Source: Megasphaera elsdenii DSM 20460 (lineage in GTDB: Bacteria; Bacillota; Negativicutes; Veillonellales; Megasphaeraceae). From it: a DNA stretch of 32,000 nt. The stretch is taken from contig NZ_CP027570.1 in assembly GCF_003010495.1 (NCBI RefSeq), positions 150,001-182,000 of the forward strand, written 5' to 3'. Made by a program: the position numbers and the translations under genes. The notes under the pieces are model-generated. The model was not told where the DNA came from. It saw nothing but the letters and a program-made list of their open reading frames with translations, and ran no database searches. Below, piece after piece: positions 16,725 to 24,663 of the stretch (within the stretch, counting starts at the first letter, position 1; each line of letters begins with the position of its first letter).

Positions 16725-17930
16725 CTAAAATACGTATTCCGACAAGCGTCTCATGGCTTCTTCCAGGCGGGTCCGGGGCAGGGCCAGGTTCAGGCGCATG
16801 GCGTCTTTCCAGGCGAATTTCCGGCCATCCTGCCAGGCGACGCCGACGTCCCAGGCTTTTTTCAAGAGTTCCGGCAAGGTCATCTGGTTGGCTTTCAAGT
16901 ATTCCCCACATTCGACGAAGAGCATGTACGTCCCCTGCGGCAAGCTGACCTGGCAACCTGGGAAATGGTCCTGGATGTACTGGACAGCATAACGGCAATT
17001 GCTTTCCAGGACCTGGTTCAATTCGTCGGTCCATTCGTGTCCGTCCTGGCTATAGGCGCCAATCAGGGCGTGCATGGAAAGGACGTTCATTTCGTTATAA
17101 CAGGTCCGTTGTCCATGCTGTGTAATCTTTTCTCGCAAGAGCGGATTGGCGATGATGTGGTAACTGCCGATCAGGCCGGCCAGGTTGAAGGTTTTGGACG
17201 GAGCATAGAAAGCGACCGTACGCTGGCGGGCGTCTTCGGAGACGGCTGCCGTCGGGATATGGCAGTGGCCTTGGAAAATGATGTCCGACCAGATTTCATC
17301 ACTGATGACTAAGACATCATATTTTTTGAAAAGGGCCATGGCCTGTTCGATTTCCCAGCGTTCCCACACGCGGCCTGTCGGGTTCTGAGGTGAGCAGAAA
17401 ATGGCCAAGTGGACATGGTGCTTCTTGATTTTTTCTTCCATGTCGGCGAAATCCATGCGCCAAATGCCCTGTTCTTTGCGAAGGGGGCTGAAGACGACGT
17501 GCCGGCCGGTGTTGCTCAGGTCCCCGATGAAGCCGGGATATGTCGGGCTGTGGACTAAGACGGCGTCACCCGGTTCGGTCAGAACCTGGATAGTGCTAGT
17601 AATGCCGCCGTGGACGCCATTTTCATAGCCGATCATGTCGCGTGTCAGTTCCGGCCAGTCATGACGGGTCGTCTGCCAGTCGATGATGCGCTGGTAATAG
17701 GCATCAGACGGCAGGAAATAACCAAAAAGCGGGTGTTTCAACCGTTGTTCCATGGCCTGGACGACAGCCGGGCAAGTCGCGAAACTCATGTCCGCTACCC
17801 ACATGGGGATTTCATCGAAACCGGGCTTGGCCTTATCCGGTTCAAAGCCCCAAACGGTCTTGCCAATGCCATCGAAAGCCGTAGCATCCTTACCAGCTCG
17901 GTCAATAATCGTCGTAAAATCGTATTTCAT
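16725..17930 (-). CDS. PLP-dependent aminotransferase class I/II, MalY/PatB-type C-S lyase, copy 2 (complete, 401 aa)
   Basis: MKYDFTTIIDRAGKDATAFDG is a typical N-terminus. SKTFNLAG holds the PLP-lysine motif. Length and pattern fit MalY/PatB. Confidence 0.88.
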   Translation of the reverse strand: MKYDFTTIIDRAGKDATAFDGIGKTVWGFEPDKAKPGFDEIPMWVADMSFATCPAVVQAMEQRLKHPLFGYFLPSDAYYQRIIDWQTTRHDWPELTRDMIGYENGVHGGITSTIQVLTEPGDAVLVHSPTYPGFIGDLSNTGRHVVFSPLRKEQGIWRMDFADMEEKIKKHHVHLAIFCSPQNPTGRVWERWEIEQAMALFKKYDVLVISDEIWSDIIFQGHCHIPTAAVSEDARQRTVAFYAPSKTFNLAGLIGSYHIIANPLLREKITQHGQRTCYNEMNVLSMHALIGAYSQDGHEWTDELNQVLESNCRYAVQYIQDHFPGCQVSLPQGTYMLFVECGEYLKANQMTLPELLKKAWDVGVAWQDGRKFAWKDAMRLNLALPRTRLEEAMRRLSEYVF

Positions 17931-17974
17931 CTAGATGGTTCCCCTTTCACGTTACGTACCTCATAGAATATTAC

Positions 17975-18033
17975 AGCAGGCTTCCCACGTGGAAGACCCT
18001 ACACAACGGCCATTGGCCGTGTATTTTTTCAAT
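17975..18033. repeat. Second copy of the conserved 60-nt stem-loop element (see 1249..1308)
   Basis: Direct alignment with 1249..1308. It sits between the stop of the upstream ORF (18046) and lyase copy 2. Confidence 0.6.
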
Positions 18034-18045
18034 CAAGTGCTCCCC

Positions 18046-18468
18046 TTATTTTTCTAAGGTGTCTTTCATGTTCTTATAGAAGCGGTCGATGATGCGGTTG
18101 TAGACAGACGACGGGTTGCTTTCACTATTGCGGCGGCGCACATCTTCACTGGAGGCGACGAGTTTGCCCGTTTTCGTATCGAACCATTGGAATTGGACGC
18201 CTACAGTGACATACGGCACATCGTGGTCGGGAACGTATTCGGGATAGTTTTCCGTACGATAGAAGCTGTGAAGCTTGCCGTCTTTGTCGACATAGTTTTC
18301 TTCTACTTGCCGGCTCTTCCATTCCGTATGGGCCGGGACCAAGTAGGATAAGTTAAGGAACTCCAGGGAAACTATTGACGAATTGGATGCGGATGTCCGG
18401 GAAGGAATCGACGAATTGAACCGTGAAGTCTTCGCCGTAATCGACGAACTGCCATTGGCCGATGTCAT
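18046..18468 (-). CDS. Downstream-frame ORF. Only the part from about 18354 down (about 102 codons, NLSYLVPAHTEWKSRQVEENYVDKDGKLHSF...) looks coding. It is probably the C-terminal half of the 18353..18682 gene, reached by a +1 frame change
   Basis: The first 38 codons are an out-of-frame reading of the FPD-repeat region. No in-frame start with an RBS lies downstream of 18353. The composition of the remainder is protein-like. Confidence 0.45.
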   Translation of the reverse strand: MTSANGSSSITAKTSRFNSSIPSRTSASNSSIVSLEFLNLSYLVPAHTEWKSRQVEENYVDKDGKLHSFYRTENYPEYVPDHDVPYVTVGVQFQWFDTKTGKLVASSEDVRRRNSESNPSSVYNRIIDRFYKNMKDTLEK

Positions 18469-18682
18469 CGGGAAAATAGTTGACGGTCTGGACGCGCAGG
18501 TCTGGAAATGCGCTGACGACTTGGACGCGTATATCCGGAAAGGAATGGACGACGCGGACTTTGCCGGCCAGGCGGATACCGTTGAAATAGCCGTCCGGCG
18601 TCACAGCCGAAGCGGCCAGGACGGCCCCGCTGAGACAGAAAAAGCAGAGAGTCACTAAGGCTACATAAATCCATTTTCGCAT
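18353..18682 (-). CDS. Secreted protein: signal peptide plus six 11-residue repeats (xxFPD[IL]R[VI]QxV)
   Basis: MRKWIYVALVTLCFFCLSGAVLAASA is signal-peptide-like. It is followed by HSFPDIRVQVV, SAFPDLRVQTV, NYFPDDIGQWQFV, DYGEDFTVQFV, DSFPDIRIQFV and NSFPGVP. AAGGAG lies 9 nt before the ATG. Confidence 0.7.
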   Translation of the reverse strand: MRKWIYVALVTLCFFCLSGAVLAASAVTPDGYFNGIRLAGKVRVVHSFPDIRVQVVSAFPDLRVQTVNYFPDDIGQWQFVDYGEDFTVQFVDSFPDIRIQFVNSFPGVP

Positions 18683-18893
18683 GATGATGCACTCCTTTCC
18701 GGTTATAGTTACCGTTAACGGCCAGCCATCAACCTCTCAGTCAGCTGCGCTGACAGCTCCCCTATCAGGGGAGCCGGAAAACAGCCACCCAACGTGGATG
18801 CCCCTACAAGTCAAGCTACGAACCACTAGCCACGAACTTACCTCCCCTAGTTCAGGACGGGCGCCCCACATGGGCGCCCCTACGGGTCAGGCA

Positions 18894-19037
18894 GGCCACC
18901 CTTTGAGACGGCCCTACAAGCGGTTAACGGCTGGCACATGAGCTCAGGCGGGGCGCCCTTTGAGACGGCCCCTACAAGCGGTTAACGGCTGGCACACGAG
19001 ACCAGGCGGGCCGCCCTTTGGGACGGCCCCTACAAGC
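18894..19037. repeat. Tandem repeat of a 57-58 nt GC-rich unit (CCCTTTGAGACGGCCCCTACAAGCGGTTAACGGCTGGCACAyGAGnyCAGGCGGG), 2.5 copies
   Basis: Units at 18894..18950, 18951..19008 and partial 19009..19037. Degenerate relatives carrying GCCCCTACAAG or GCCCCTACGGG lie at about 18798..18890. Confidence 0.85.
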
Positions 19038-19127
19038 TGCTAACTGCTAACTGCTAACTGCTAACTGCTAACTGCTAACTGCTAACTGCTAACTGCTAAC
19101 TGCTAACTGCTAACTGCTAACTGCTAA
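19038..19127. repeat. Heptanucleotide microsatellite (TGCTAAC), about 13 copies
   Basis: Perfect tandem copies read from the sequence. It grows out of the third copy of the 58-nt unit, where GGTTAAC is replaced by TGCTAAC. Confidence 0.95.
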
Positions 19128-19159
19128 AATTAGCGTAACAGGTTTGCCTGAAAAAGGCA

Positions 19160-19196
19160 AGCGAAAAGGCGCTGTCTTTATGCGACAGCGCCTTTT
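19160..19196 (-). terminator. Intrinsic terminator of radA (stem GGCGCTGTC / GACAGCGCC, A-tract and T-tract on both sides)
   Basis: 9-bp stem with a 7-nt loop, about 32 nt after the radA stop. The minus strand shows TTTTCG after the stem. Confidence 0.8.
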
Positions 19197-19227
19197 GAGT
19201 TTGCAATTTGTAGTTGGTCGTGGAGGG

Positions 19228-20607
19228 TTATCTCCGAAAGGCCTTTTCGATGGCTTCGCGCAGGGTAGCTACGCCCAGGAAATGGCAGTCCGGGAATTTA
19301 TCTTTTTCAATGTCTTCCAGGTTGCCTTTGGGCAGGATGAAGGTGTTGAAGCCCATCTTAGCAGCTTCTTTGACGCGGCGCAGGGCCTGGGGGACGCGGC
19401 GGATGTCGCCGGTGAGGCCGACTTCGCCCATGACGACAGTGCGGCTGTCCATGGAGATGTCCCGCAGACTGGAGTAGACGGCCAGGGCTACGGGCAGGTC
19501 CGCTGCCGTTTCGGTCAGGCGCAGGCCGCCGACGACGTTGATATAGACGTCCTGACTCCCCAAGGGAACACCCAGGCGTTTTTCCAGGACCGCCAAGAGG
19601 ATGATCAGGCGGTTATAGTCCATGCCCGACGCCGTGCGGCGCGGTACGGCGAAGACGGAATGAGCCGTCAGGGCCTGGATTTCACCGAGCATGGGCCGCA
19701 TCCCGTCGAGGACAGCGGCCACGGCAGAGCCTGCCTGGTCCGCTGCCCGTTCGGCCAAGAGTAGCTGCGACGGATTTTCCAGTTCCGAAAGGCCGCCGCT
19801 AGTCATGGTGAAGAGACCCGATTCGTTCGTCGAGCCAAAGCGGTTCTTGATGCCCCGCAGGATGCGGAACTGGTAGTTCCGTTCGCCTTCGAAGTAGAGG
19901 ACGACATCGACCATGTGCTCCATCATGCGCGGCCCGGCGATGGCGCCGTCCTTGGTGACGTGGCCGATGACGACGACCGGGATGCCTTCGCTCTTGGCAA
20001 AGGTCATGAGGCGGCTCGTGCCTTCGCGAATCTGGGCCAGGCTGCCCGGCGTGCCTTCGATGTCGCGGCTGTACATGGTCTGGATGGAGTCGACGACGAG
20101 CAGGGCCGGGCGGCGCCGCTTCGCTTCGTCGAGGATGTTGTCCAGGGACGTGTCGGCCTGGATAATCAGCTGCGGCGTGGAAATGCCCAGGCGCTGGGCA
20201 CGCATCTTGATCTGGCCTGCCGATTCTTCACCGGAACCGTAGAGGACGCTGCCGTTCTTTTCGCAGACTGCCGCCGCCAGCTGCAGGACCAGTGTCGACT
20301 TGCCGATGCCCGGGTCGCCGCTGAGGAGGATCAGGGCGCCCGGGACGATGCCGCCGCCGAGGACGCGGTCCAGTTCGCCGATGCCCGTTTCCATGCGGGC
20401 CATGTCTTCCATGGCGATATCCGCCAAGGATGCCGCCTGGGACGCCGGGCCGCTGCGGGCCATGCTCTGGGCAGCCTTAGGCGCTTCCGGCTCGACCGTC
20501 TCTTCTGTCATGGTATTCCATTCACCGCACTGCGGGCAGCGGCCGAGCCAGCGGCTGGACACGCTGCCACAGTTGGTGCAGACGTAACGGGTCTTTCTCT
20601 TTGCCAT
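19228..20607 (-). CDS. radA: DNA repair protein RadA/Sms
   Basis: N-terminal zinc finger CTNCGSVSSRWLGRCPQCGEW, Walker A GDPGIGKST, the KNRFG motif (IKNRFGSTNE) and a Lon-like C-terminal domain. Confidence 0.95.
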   Translation of the reverse strand: MAKRKTRYVCTNCGSVSSRWLGRCPQCGEWNTMTEETVEPEAPKAAQSMARSGPASQAASLADIAMEDMARMETGIGELDRVLGGGIVPGALILLSGDPGIGKSTLVLQLAAAVCEKNGSVLYGSGEESAGQIKMRAQRLGISTPQLIIQADTSLDNILDEAKRRRPALLVVDSIQTMYSRDIEGTPGSLAQIREGTSRLMTFAKSEGIPVVVIGHVTKDGAIAGPRMMEHMVDVVLYFEGERNYQFRILRGIKNRFGSTNESGLFTMTSGGLSELENPSQLLLAERAADQAGSAVAAVLDGMRPMLGEIQALTAHSVFAVPRRTASGMDYNRLIILLAVLEKRLGVPLGSQDVYINVVGGLRLTETAADLPVALAVYSSLRDISMDSRTVVMGEVGLTGDIRRVPQALRRVKEAAKMGFNTFILPKGNLEDIEKDKFPDCHFLGVATLREAIEKAFRR

Positions 20608-20616
20608 ACCTGCTCC

Positions 20617-23049
20617 TTACTCCGTCGTAAAGACGAGTTTCTTCTTGTCCAAACTGTCGACGTGGATCGTATTGCCGTCCTTGACGTCGCCGCTGAGGAG
20701 CATTTCCGAAATCGGGTCTTCGACGAGCTTCTGGATGGCCCGTTTCAACGGCCGGGCGCCATAGGCAAAGTCCGTGCCTTCTTTGACGAGGATGTCGTCG
20801 GCGGCCGTCGTCCAATCCATGGCCACGCCTTTTTCGCCAAGGCGTTTCGTCAGGTCCTGGAGCAGGATGTCGACGATCTGGCGCAGGTCTTTCTGTTCCA
20901 GCGGCTTGAAGACGATGATTTCGTCGATACGGTTGAGAAATTCCGGACGGAAGAAGCGTTTCACATCGGCCATGATTTCCTTCTTGGCGACTTCGAAAGA
21001 CGCTTCCCGGTCCTTGGCACTGTCGCCGCCCGTCGAGAAGCCCATGACCGGGCCCGACGGTTTGAGGTGCGATGCGCCGAGATTGCTGGTCATGATGATG
21101 ACGGTATTGCGGAAATCGACGGTCCGGCCTTTGGAGTCAGTCAGGCGGCCTTCGTCGAGGACCTGCAGGAGCAGGTTGAAGAAGTCGCTGCTGGCCTTTT
21201 CCACTTCGTCGAAGAGGATGACACTGTACGGTTTTTCCCGAACTGCGTCGGTCAATTCGCCCCCTTCTTCATAGCCGACATAGCCCGGAGGGGCGCCGAC
21301 CAGGCGGGAGACACTGTATTTTTCCATAAATTCGCTCATGTCGATGCGGATCATGTTGTCGGCACTGCCGAAGAGCTGGGCGGCCAGGGTCCGGGCCAGT
21401 TCGGTCTTGCCGACACCGGACGGACCAAGGAAGAGGAAGGAACCGATGGGGCGGTTGGCATCCTTGAGGCCGGCTCGGGCCCGGCGGACGGCTTTAGCTA
21501 CGGCCGTGACGGCGTCATCCTGGCTGATGACCCGTTTATGCAGTTCTTCTTCTAAGTGAAGGAGGCGCTGCGATTCCGTTTCTGTAATTTGCTGGACCGG
21601 GACGCCTGTCCACATGGACACGACGTCGGCAATGTCGTTTTCCGTGACGACGAGTTTTTCATCGTCGTGCTGTTTCTTTTCTTTTTGAAGAGCCGAGATT
21701 TCCGATGATACCTTCTTGCCGGCATCGCGGAGGGACGCGCATTTTTCGAAGTCTTCCCCAGCCAGGGCCGCTTCTTTTTCTTTATTGATATCAGCCAGTT
21801 TCTGTTCCAGGTCCTGGAGTTCATGGGACGGCGCGTAGACCTTCATGCGGACGCGGGCTGCCGCTTCGTCCATGACGTCGATGGCCTTGTCCGGCAGATA
21901 GCGGTCGGAAATGTACCGTGCCGACAATTTGACGGCGGCTCTTACGGCGTCGTCCGTGATACGGGCCTTGTGGAAGGCTTCGTAGCGGTCGCGCAGGCCG
22001 AAGAGGATGGCCATGGCGTCGTCTTCCGTCGGTTCGCCGACCAGGACGGGCTGGAAACGGCGGGCCAGAGCGGCATCTTTTTCAAAGTGTTTCTTGTATT
22101 CGTCGATGGTCGTAGCGCCGATGCACTGCAGGTCGCCCCGGGCCAGGGCCGGTTTGAGGATATTGGCTGCATCCATGGCCCCTTCGACGGCACCGGCGCC
22201 GATGAGCTGGTGGATTTCGTCGATGAAGAGGATGATGGTATCGTCCTGTTCGATGACGTCGAGGATGCGCTTGATCCGTTCTTCAAATTCGCCGCGGTAC
22301 TTGGTACCGGCAACGATGCTGGCCAGGTCGAGGGAGAAAATGCGCTTGTCCAGCAGGCTGTCAGGCACGTTGCCGTTGATGATGCGCTGGGCCAGGCCTT
22401 CGGCAATGGCCGTCTTGCCGACGCCAGGTGCGCCGATGAGGACCGGATTGTTCTTGGTCCGGCGGCTGAGGATCTGGATGACCCGGCTGATTTCCTTTTC
22501 CCGGCCGATGACCGGGTCGATTTTGCCCTTCTTGGCCCATTCATTGAGATCACGGCCGAACTGGGACAAGTCGCTGCCGTTCTTGGCAGCCACGGCGTCG
22601 CCGCCTTCGACGGCCGGGTCGTTCATGAGTTCACTCAGGCGTTGGGAGACGAGGTCCGGGTCGATGTCCATATCTTCCAGGATCTGGACGGCCATGCCGC
22701 TCCCTTCTTCGAGGATGCCGGCCAGCATGTGTTCCGTGCCGACATAGTTCTGTTCCAGTCGGTTGGCTTCGCGGACGGCCAGTTCCATGGCCCGCTTCGT
22801 CCGCGGCGTCAGGCGCAGTTTCGACGGCGTATCCTGTCCCCAGCCGACGTGCTGTTCGATGGCGCGGGTGACATTTTCCGGCGTCAGGCCCAACTGGTTG
22901 AGGAGCAGGCCGGCAATGCCGTCTGTATTGAGAACGAGACCGAGTAGGATATGTTCGGTCCCGACGTAATCATGGTGGAATTTTTGTGCCGCTTCCTGCG
23001 CATACTGCAGGACAGCTTTGGCATCATTGGTGAGACGATTGTTCATCAT
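20617..23049 (-). CDS. clpC: ATP-dependent Clp protease ATP-binding subunit ClpC
   Basis: Clp_N repeats, two AAA+ modules (GAPGVGKT and GPSGVGKT) and a UVR-like linker. The start is set at MMNNRLTNDAK (ATG 23049), which aligns with the usual ClpC N-terminus. The ORF-track extension overlaps mcsB. Confidence 0.95.
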   Translation of the reverse strand: MMNNRLTNDAKAVLQYAQEAAQKFHHDYVGTEHILLGLVLNTDGIAGLLLNQLGLTPENVTRAIEQHVGWGQDTPSKLRLTPRTKRAMELAVREANRLEQNYVGTEHMLAGILEEGSGMAVQILEDMDIDPDLVSQRLSELMNDPAVEGGDAVAAKNGSDLSQFGRDLNEWAKKGKIDPVIGREKEISRVIQILSRRTKNNPVLIGAPGVGKTAIAEGLAQRIINGNVPDSLLDKRIFSLDLASIVAGTKYRGEFEERIKRILDVIEQDDTIILFIDEIHQLIGAGAVEGAMDAANILKPALARGDLQCIGATTIDEYKKHFEKDAALARRFQPVLVGEPTEDDAMAILFGLRDRYEAFHKARITDDAVRAAVKLSARYISDRYLPDKAIDVMDEAAARVRMKVYAPSHELQDLEQKLADINKEKEAALAGEDFEKCASLRDAGKKVSSEISALQKEKKQHDDEKLVVTENDIADVVSMWTGVPVQQITETESQRLLHLEEELHKRVISQDDAVTAVAKAVRRARAGLKDANRPIGSFLFLGPSGVGKTELARTLAAQLFGSADNMIRIDMSEFMEKYSVSRLVGAPPGYVGYEEGGELTDAVREKPYSVILFDEVEKASSDFFNLLLQVLDEGRLTDSKGRTVDFRNTVIIMTSNLGASHLKPSGPVMGFSTGGDSAKDREASFEVAKKEIMADVKRFFRPEFLNRIDEIIVFKPLEQKDLRQIVDILLQDLTKRLGEKGVAMDWTTAADDILVKEGTDFAYGARPLKRAIQKLVEDPISEMLLSGDVKDGNTIHVDSLDKKKLVFTTE

Positions 23050-23056
23050 GGGAAAT

Positions 23057-24121
23057 TCACTTCCTCCGGTAAGCTGCGAGTACGGACTGGACGGCCTGGG
23101 CCCGCTGGTGCTGGAGCTCTTCATCATTCAGTTCCGCCCCGGCCTTGAGCTGTAAATAAGCCGGTTCGACGACGGTCATGATGGCTTCATAGGCCAGGGG
23201 CTGTTCCGGGATGACGCCCATATCGATGCCGAAACGCAGGTCACTGGCCAGGGCCAGCGATTCCTGGTCCGACAGGAGCCAGGCCTGACTGAGCGTCCCG
23301 TACGTGCGCAGCCATTTATCTTTTAAGGTATTTTCATTGTGGTCCCAAACGAGACTGCGGCAATTTTGTTCTTCCTGGACAATCTGGGTGACGATCTTGC
23401 TCAATTGATCGAGGATGTCCGTTTCGGTCACGCCCAGCGTAATCTGGTTGGTGATCTGGAAGATGTTGCCGATACATTCGTTGCGTTCACCGTACATACC
23501 GGATACGGTGAAGCCGAATTTGGTGATGCCCTGGACGATGCGGTTGAACCGCTTCATCATGACCAGGGCCGGTACGTGGATGGTCACGCCTGCCGTCAGG
23601 CCCGTGCCGGTCAGGGACGGGCTGGCCGTAAGGTAGCCGAAATCATCGCGGAAGGCGAAATCCAGATGGCTTTCCAAGGCGTCGTCGACCTGGGCGGCCT
23701 GATCCCAGACGCGCTGGAGGTCAAAGCCCGGTGCTGCCGTCTGGATGACGAGGTGATCCTCTTCGTTGAGCATGATGGAGACGGCCCCGTCATCGCGGAG
23801 CAGGACGCCGCGGTGCTTCGGATGTTCGATGTGACCGGCCGACGAAAAATGTTTCACAGCCATCATTTCCCGTTCCATCGGCGATAACTCTTCCAGGCCG
23901 ATAAAGGTATAACGGCCGTGTCCCAATGTATCGAGGGGACCGATCTGGCGTTTTCCTTCTTCCAGGACCGCTGCCAGTTCCGTATCCGACGCTTTGTCGG
24001 GGAAAACGTATTTCTTCAGGTTCCGGTCCAGGCGGACACGGCTGTCGATGACGATGTCATTGAACTTGCCCGTCCCGTCCTGCCAGGGGCAGAGCGGCTG
24101 CTGGAGCATATCATGTGCCAT
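23057..24121 (-). CDS. mcsB: Protein arginine kinase McsB
   Basis: 354-aa ATP:guanidino phosphotransferase-like ORF between mcsA and clpC, the canonical operon position. Confidence 0.9.
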   Translation of the reverse strand: MAHDMLQQPLCPWQDGTGKFNDIVIDSRVRLDRNLKKYVFPDKASDTELAAVLEEGKRQIGPLDTLGHGRYTFIGLEELSPMEREMMAVKHFSSAGHIEHPKHRGVLLRDDGAVSIMLNEEDHLVIQTAAPGFDLQRVWDQAAQVDDALESHLDFAFRDDFGYLTASPSLTGTGLTAGVTIHVPALVMMKRFNRIVQGITKFGFTVSGMYGERNECIGNIFQITNQITLGVTETDILDQLSKIVTQIVQEEQNCRSLVWDHNENTLKDKWLRTYGTLSQAWLLSDQESLALASDLRFGIDMGVIPEQPLAYEAIMTVVEPAYLQLKAGAELNDEELQHQRAQAVQSVLAAYRRK

Positions 24122-24124
24122 GGC

Positions 24125-24640
24125 TCATTCCCCCTTTCCGCCGTCCGGCAATTGACGCTGGAGGGCGCGGATTTCGTCGCGGACTTTAGCTGCTTCTTCA
24201 TAGCGTTCTTCCTGGACCAGCTTCTGCAGGTGCTGGCGCAGGCGCTTGACGTGCGTCGCCGTCCGGAAGACGCCGGTGCCGCGGTTGGGCACTTTACCGA
24301 CGTGCTTGCTGTGGCCGTGGATGCGGCGCAGGAGCGGCGGGATTTCTTCCTTGAACGCTTCATAGCAGTCGGGGCAGCCGAATTTGCCCAAGCGGTTAAA
24401 TTCGCTGTAGGTCATGCCGCAGCTGGCACAACGCGGTTCGTCGCCGCTGCGTCCCTGGTAATCGGGATAGGCCATCTTGCGGAAAAAATCGTTATCGATA
24501 ATATTCAAATCTCTGAAATTAGAAAAATTAGTCTGTTTCTTGGCACAGGCCGCACACAGGTGCAAGTCCGTGCGCCGCCCGTTCTCGATCTTGACGATAT
24601 GGACAACAGCCTCTCTTTTCTTACAGGCATCACATAACAT
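24125..24640 (-). CDS. mcsA: McsA, activator of McsB (zinc-finger/UVR motif protein)
   Basis: Four CxxC pairs (CDAC, CAAC, CASC, CPDC) and the UVR motif EEAAKVRDEIRALQ. The start is set at ATG 24640 (MLCDACKK) after AAAGGA. Confidence 0.88.
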   Translation of the reverse strand: MLCDACKKREAVVHIVKIENGRRTDLHLCAACAKKQTNFSNFRDLNIIDNDFFRKMAYPDYQGRSGDEPRCASCGMTYSEFNRLGKFGCPDCYEAFKEEIPPLLRRIHGHSKHVGKVPNRGTGVFRTATHVKRLRQHLQKLVQEERYEEAAKVRDEIRALQRQLPDGGKGE

Positions 24641-24663
24641 AGCCCTCACGTCCTTTCTATGAC

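Noticed and set aside
18681-18941. 86-aa plus-strand ORF in the GC-rich repeat field, and the idea that the field hides a tRNA or other standard RNA gene
   Set aside because: There is no RBS, and the peptide is a read-through of repeats. I found no tRNA cloverleaf or GGTTCGA-type T-arm. GGTTCGTGGC is part of the heptad motif.
19915-21555. 546-aa plus-strand ORF antisense to radA/clpC. Similar long antisense ORFs occur at 21823..22947, 23918..24637, 26310..27254, 27973..28749, 28761..29750, 30010..31002, 31177..31959, 56..619 and 16965..17312
   Set aside because: These are shadow ORFs typical of GC-rich coding DNA. Their peptides are low-complexity and rich in R, A, G and D. In every case the opposite strand encodes a protein with clear family motifs.
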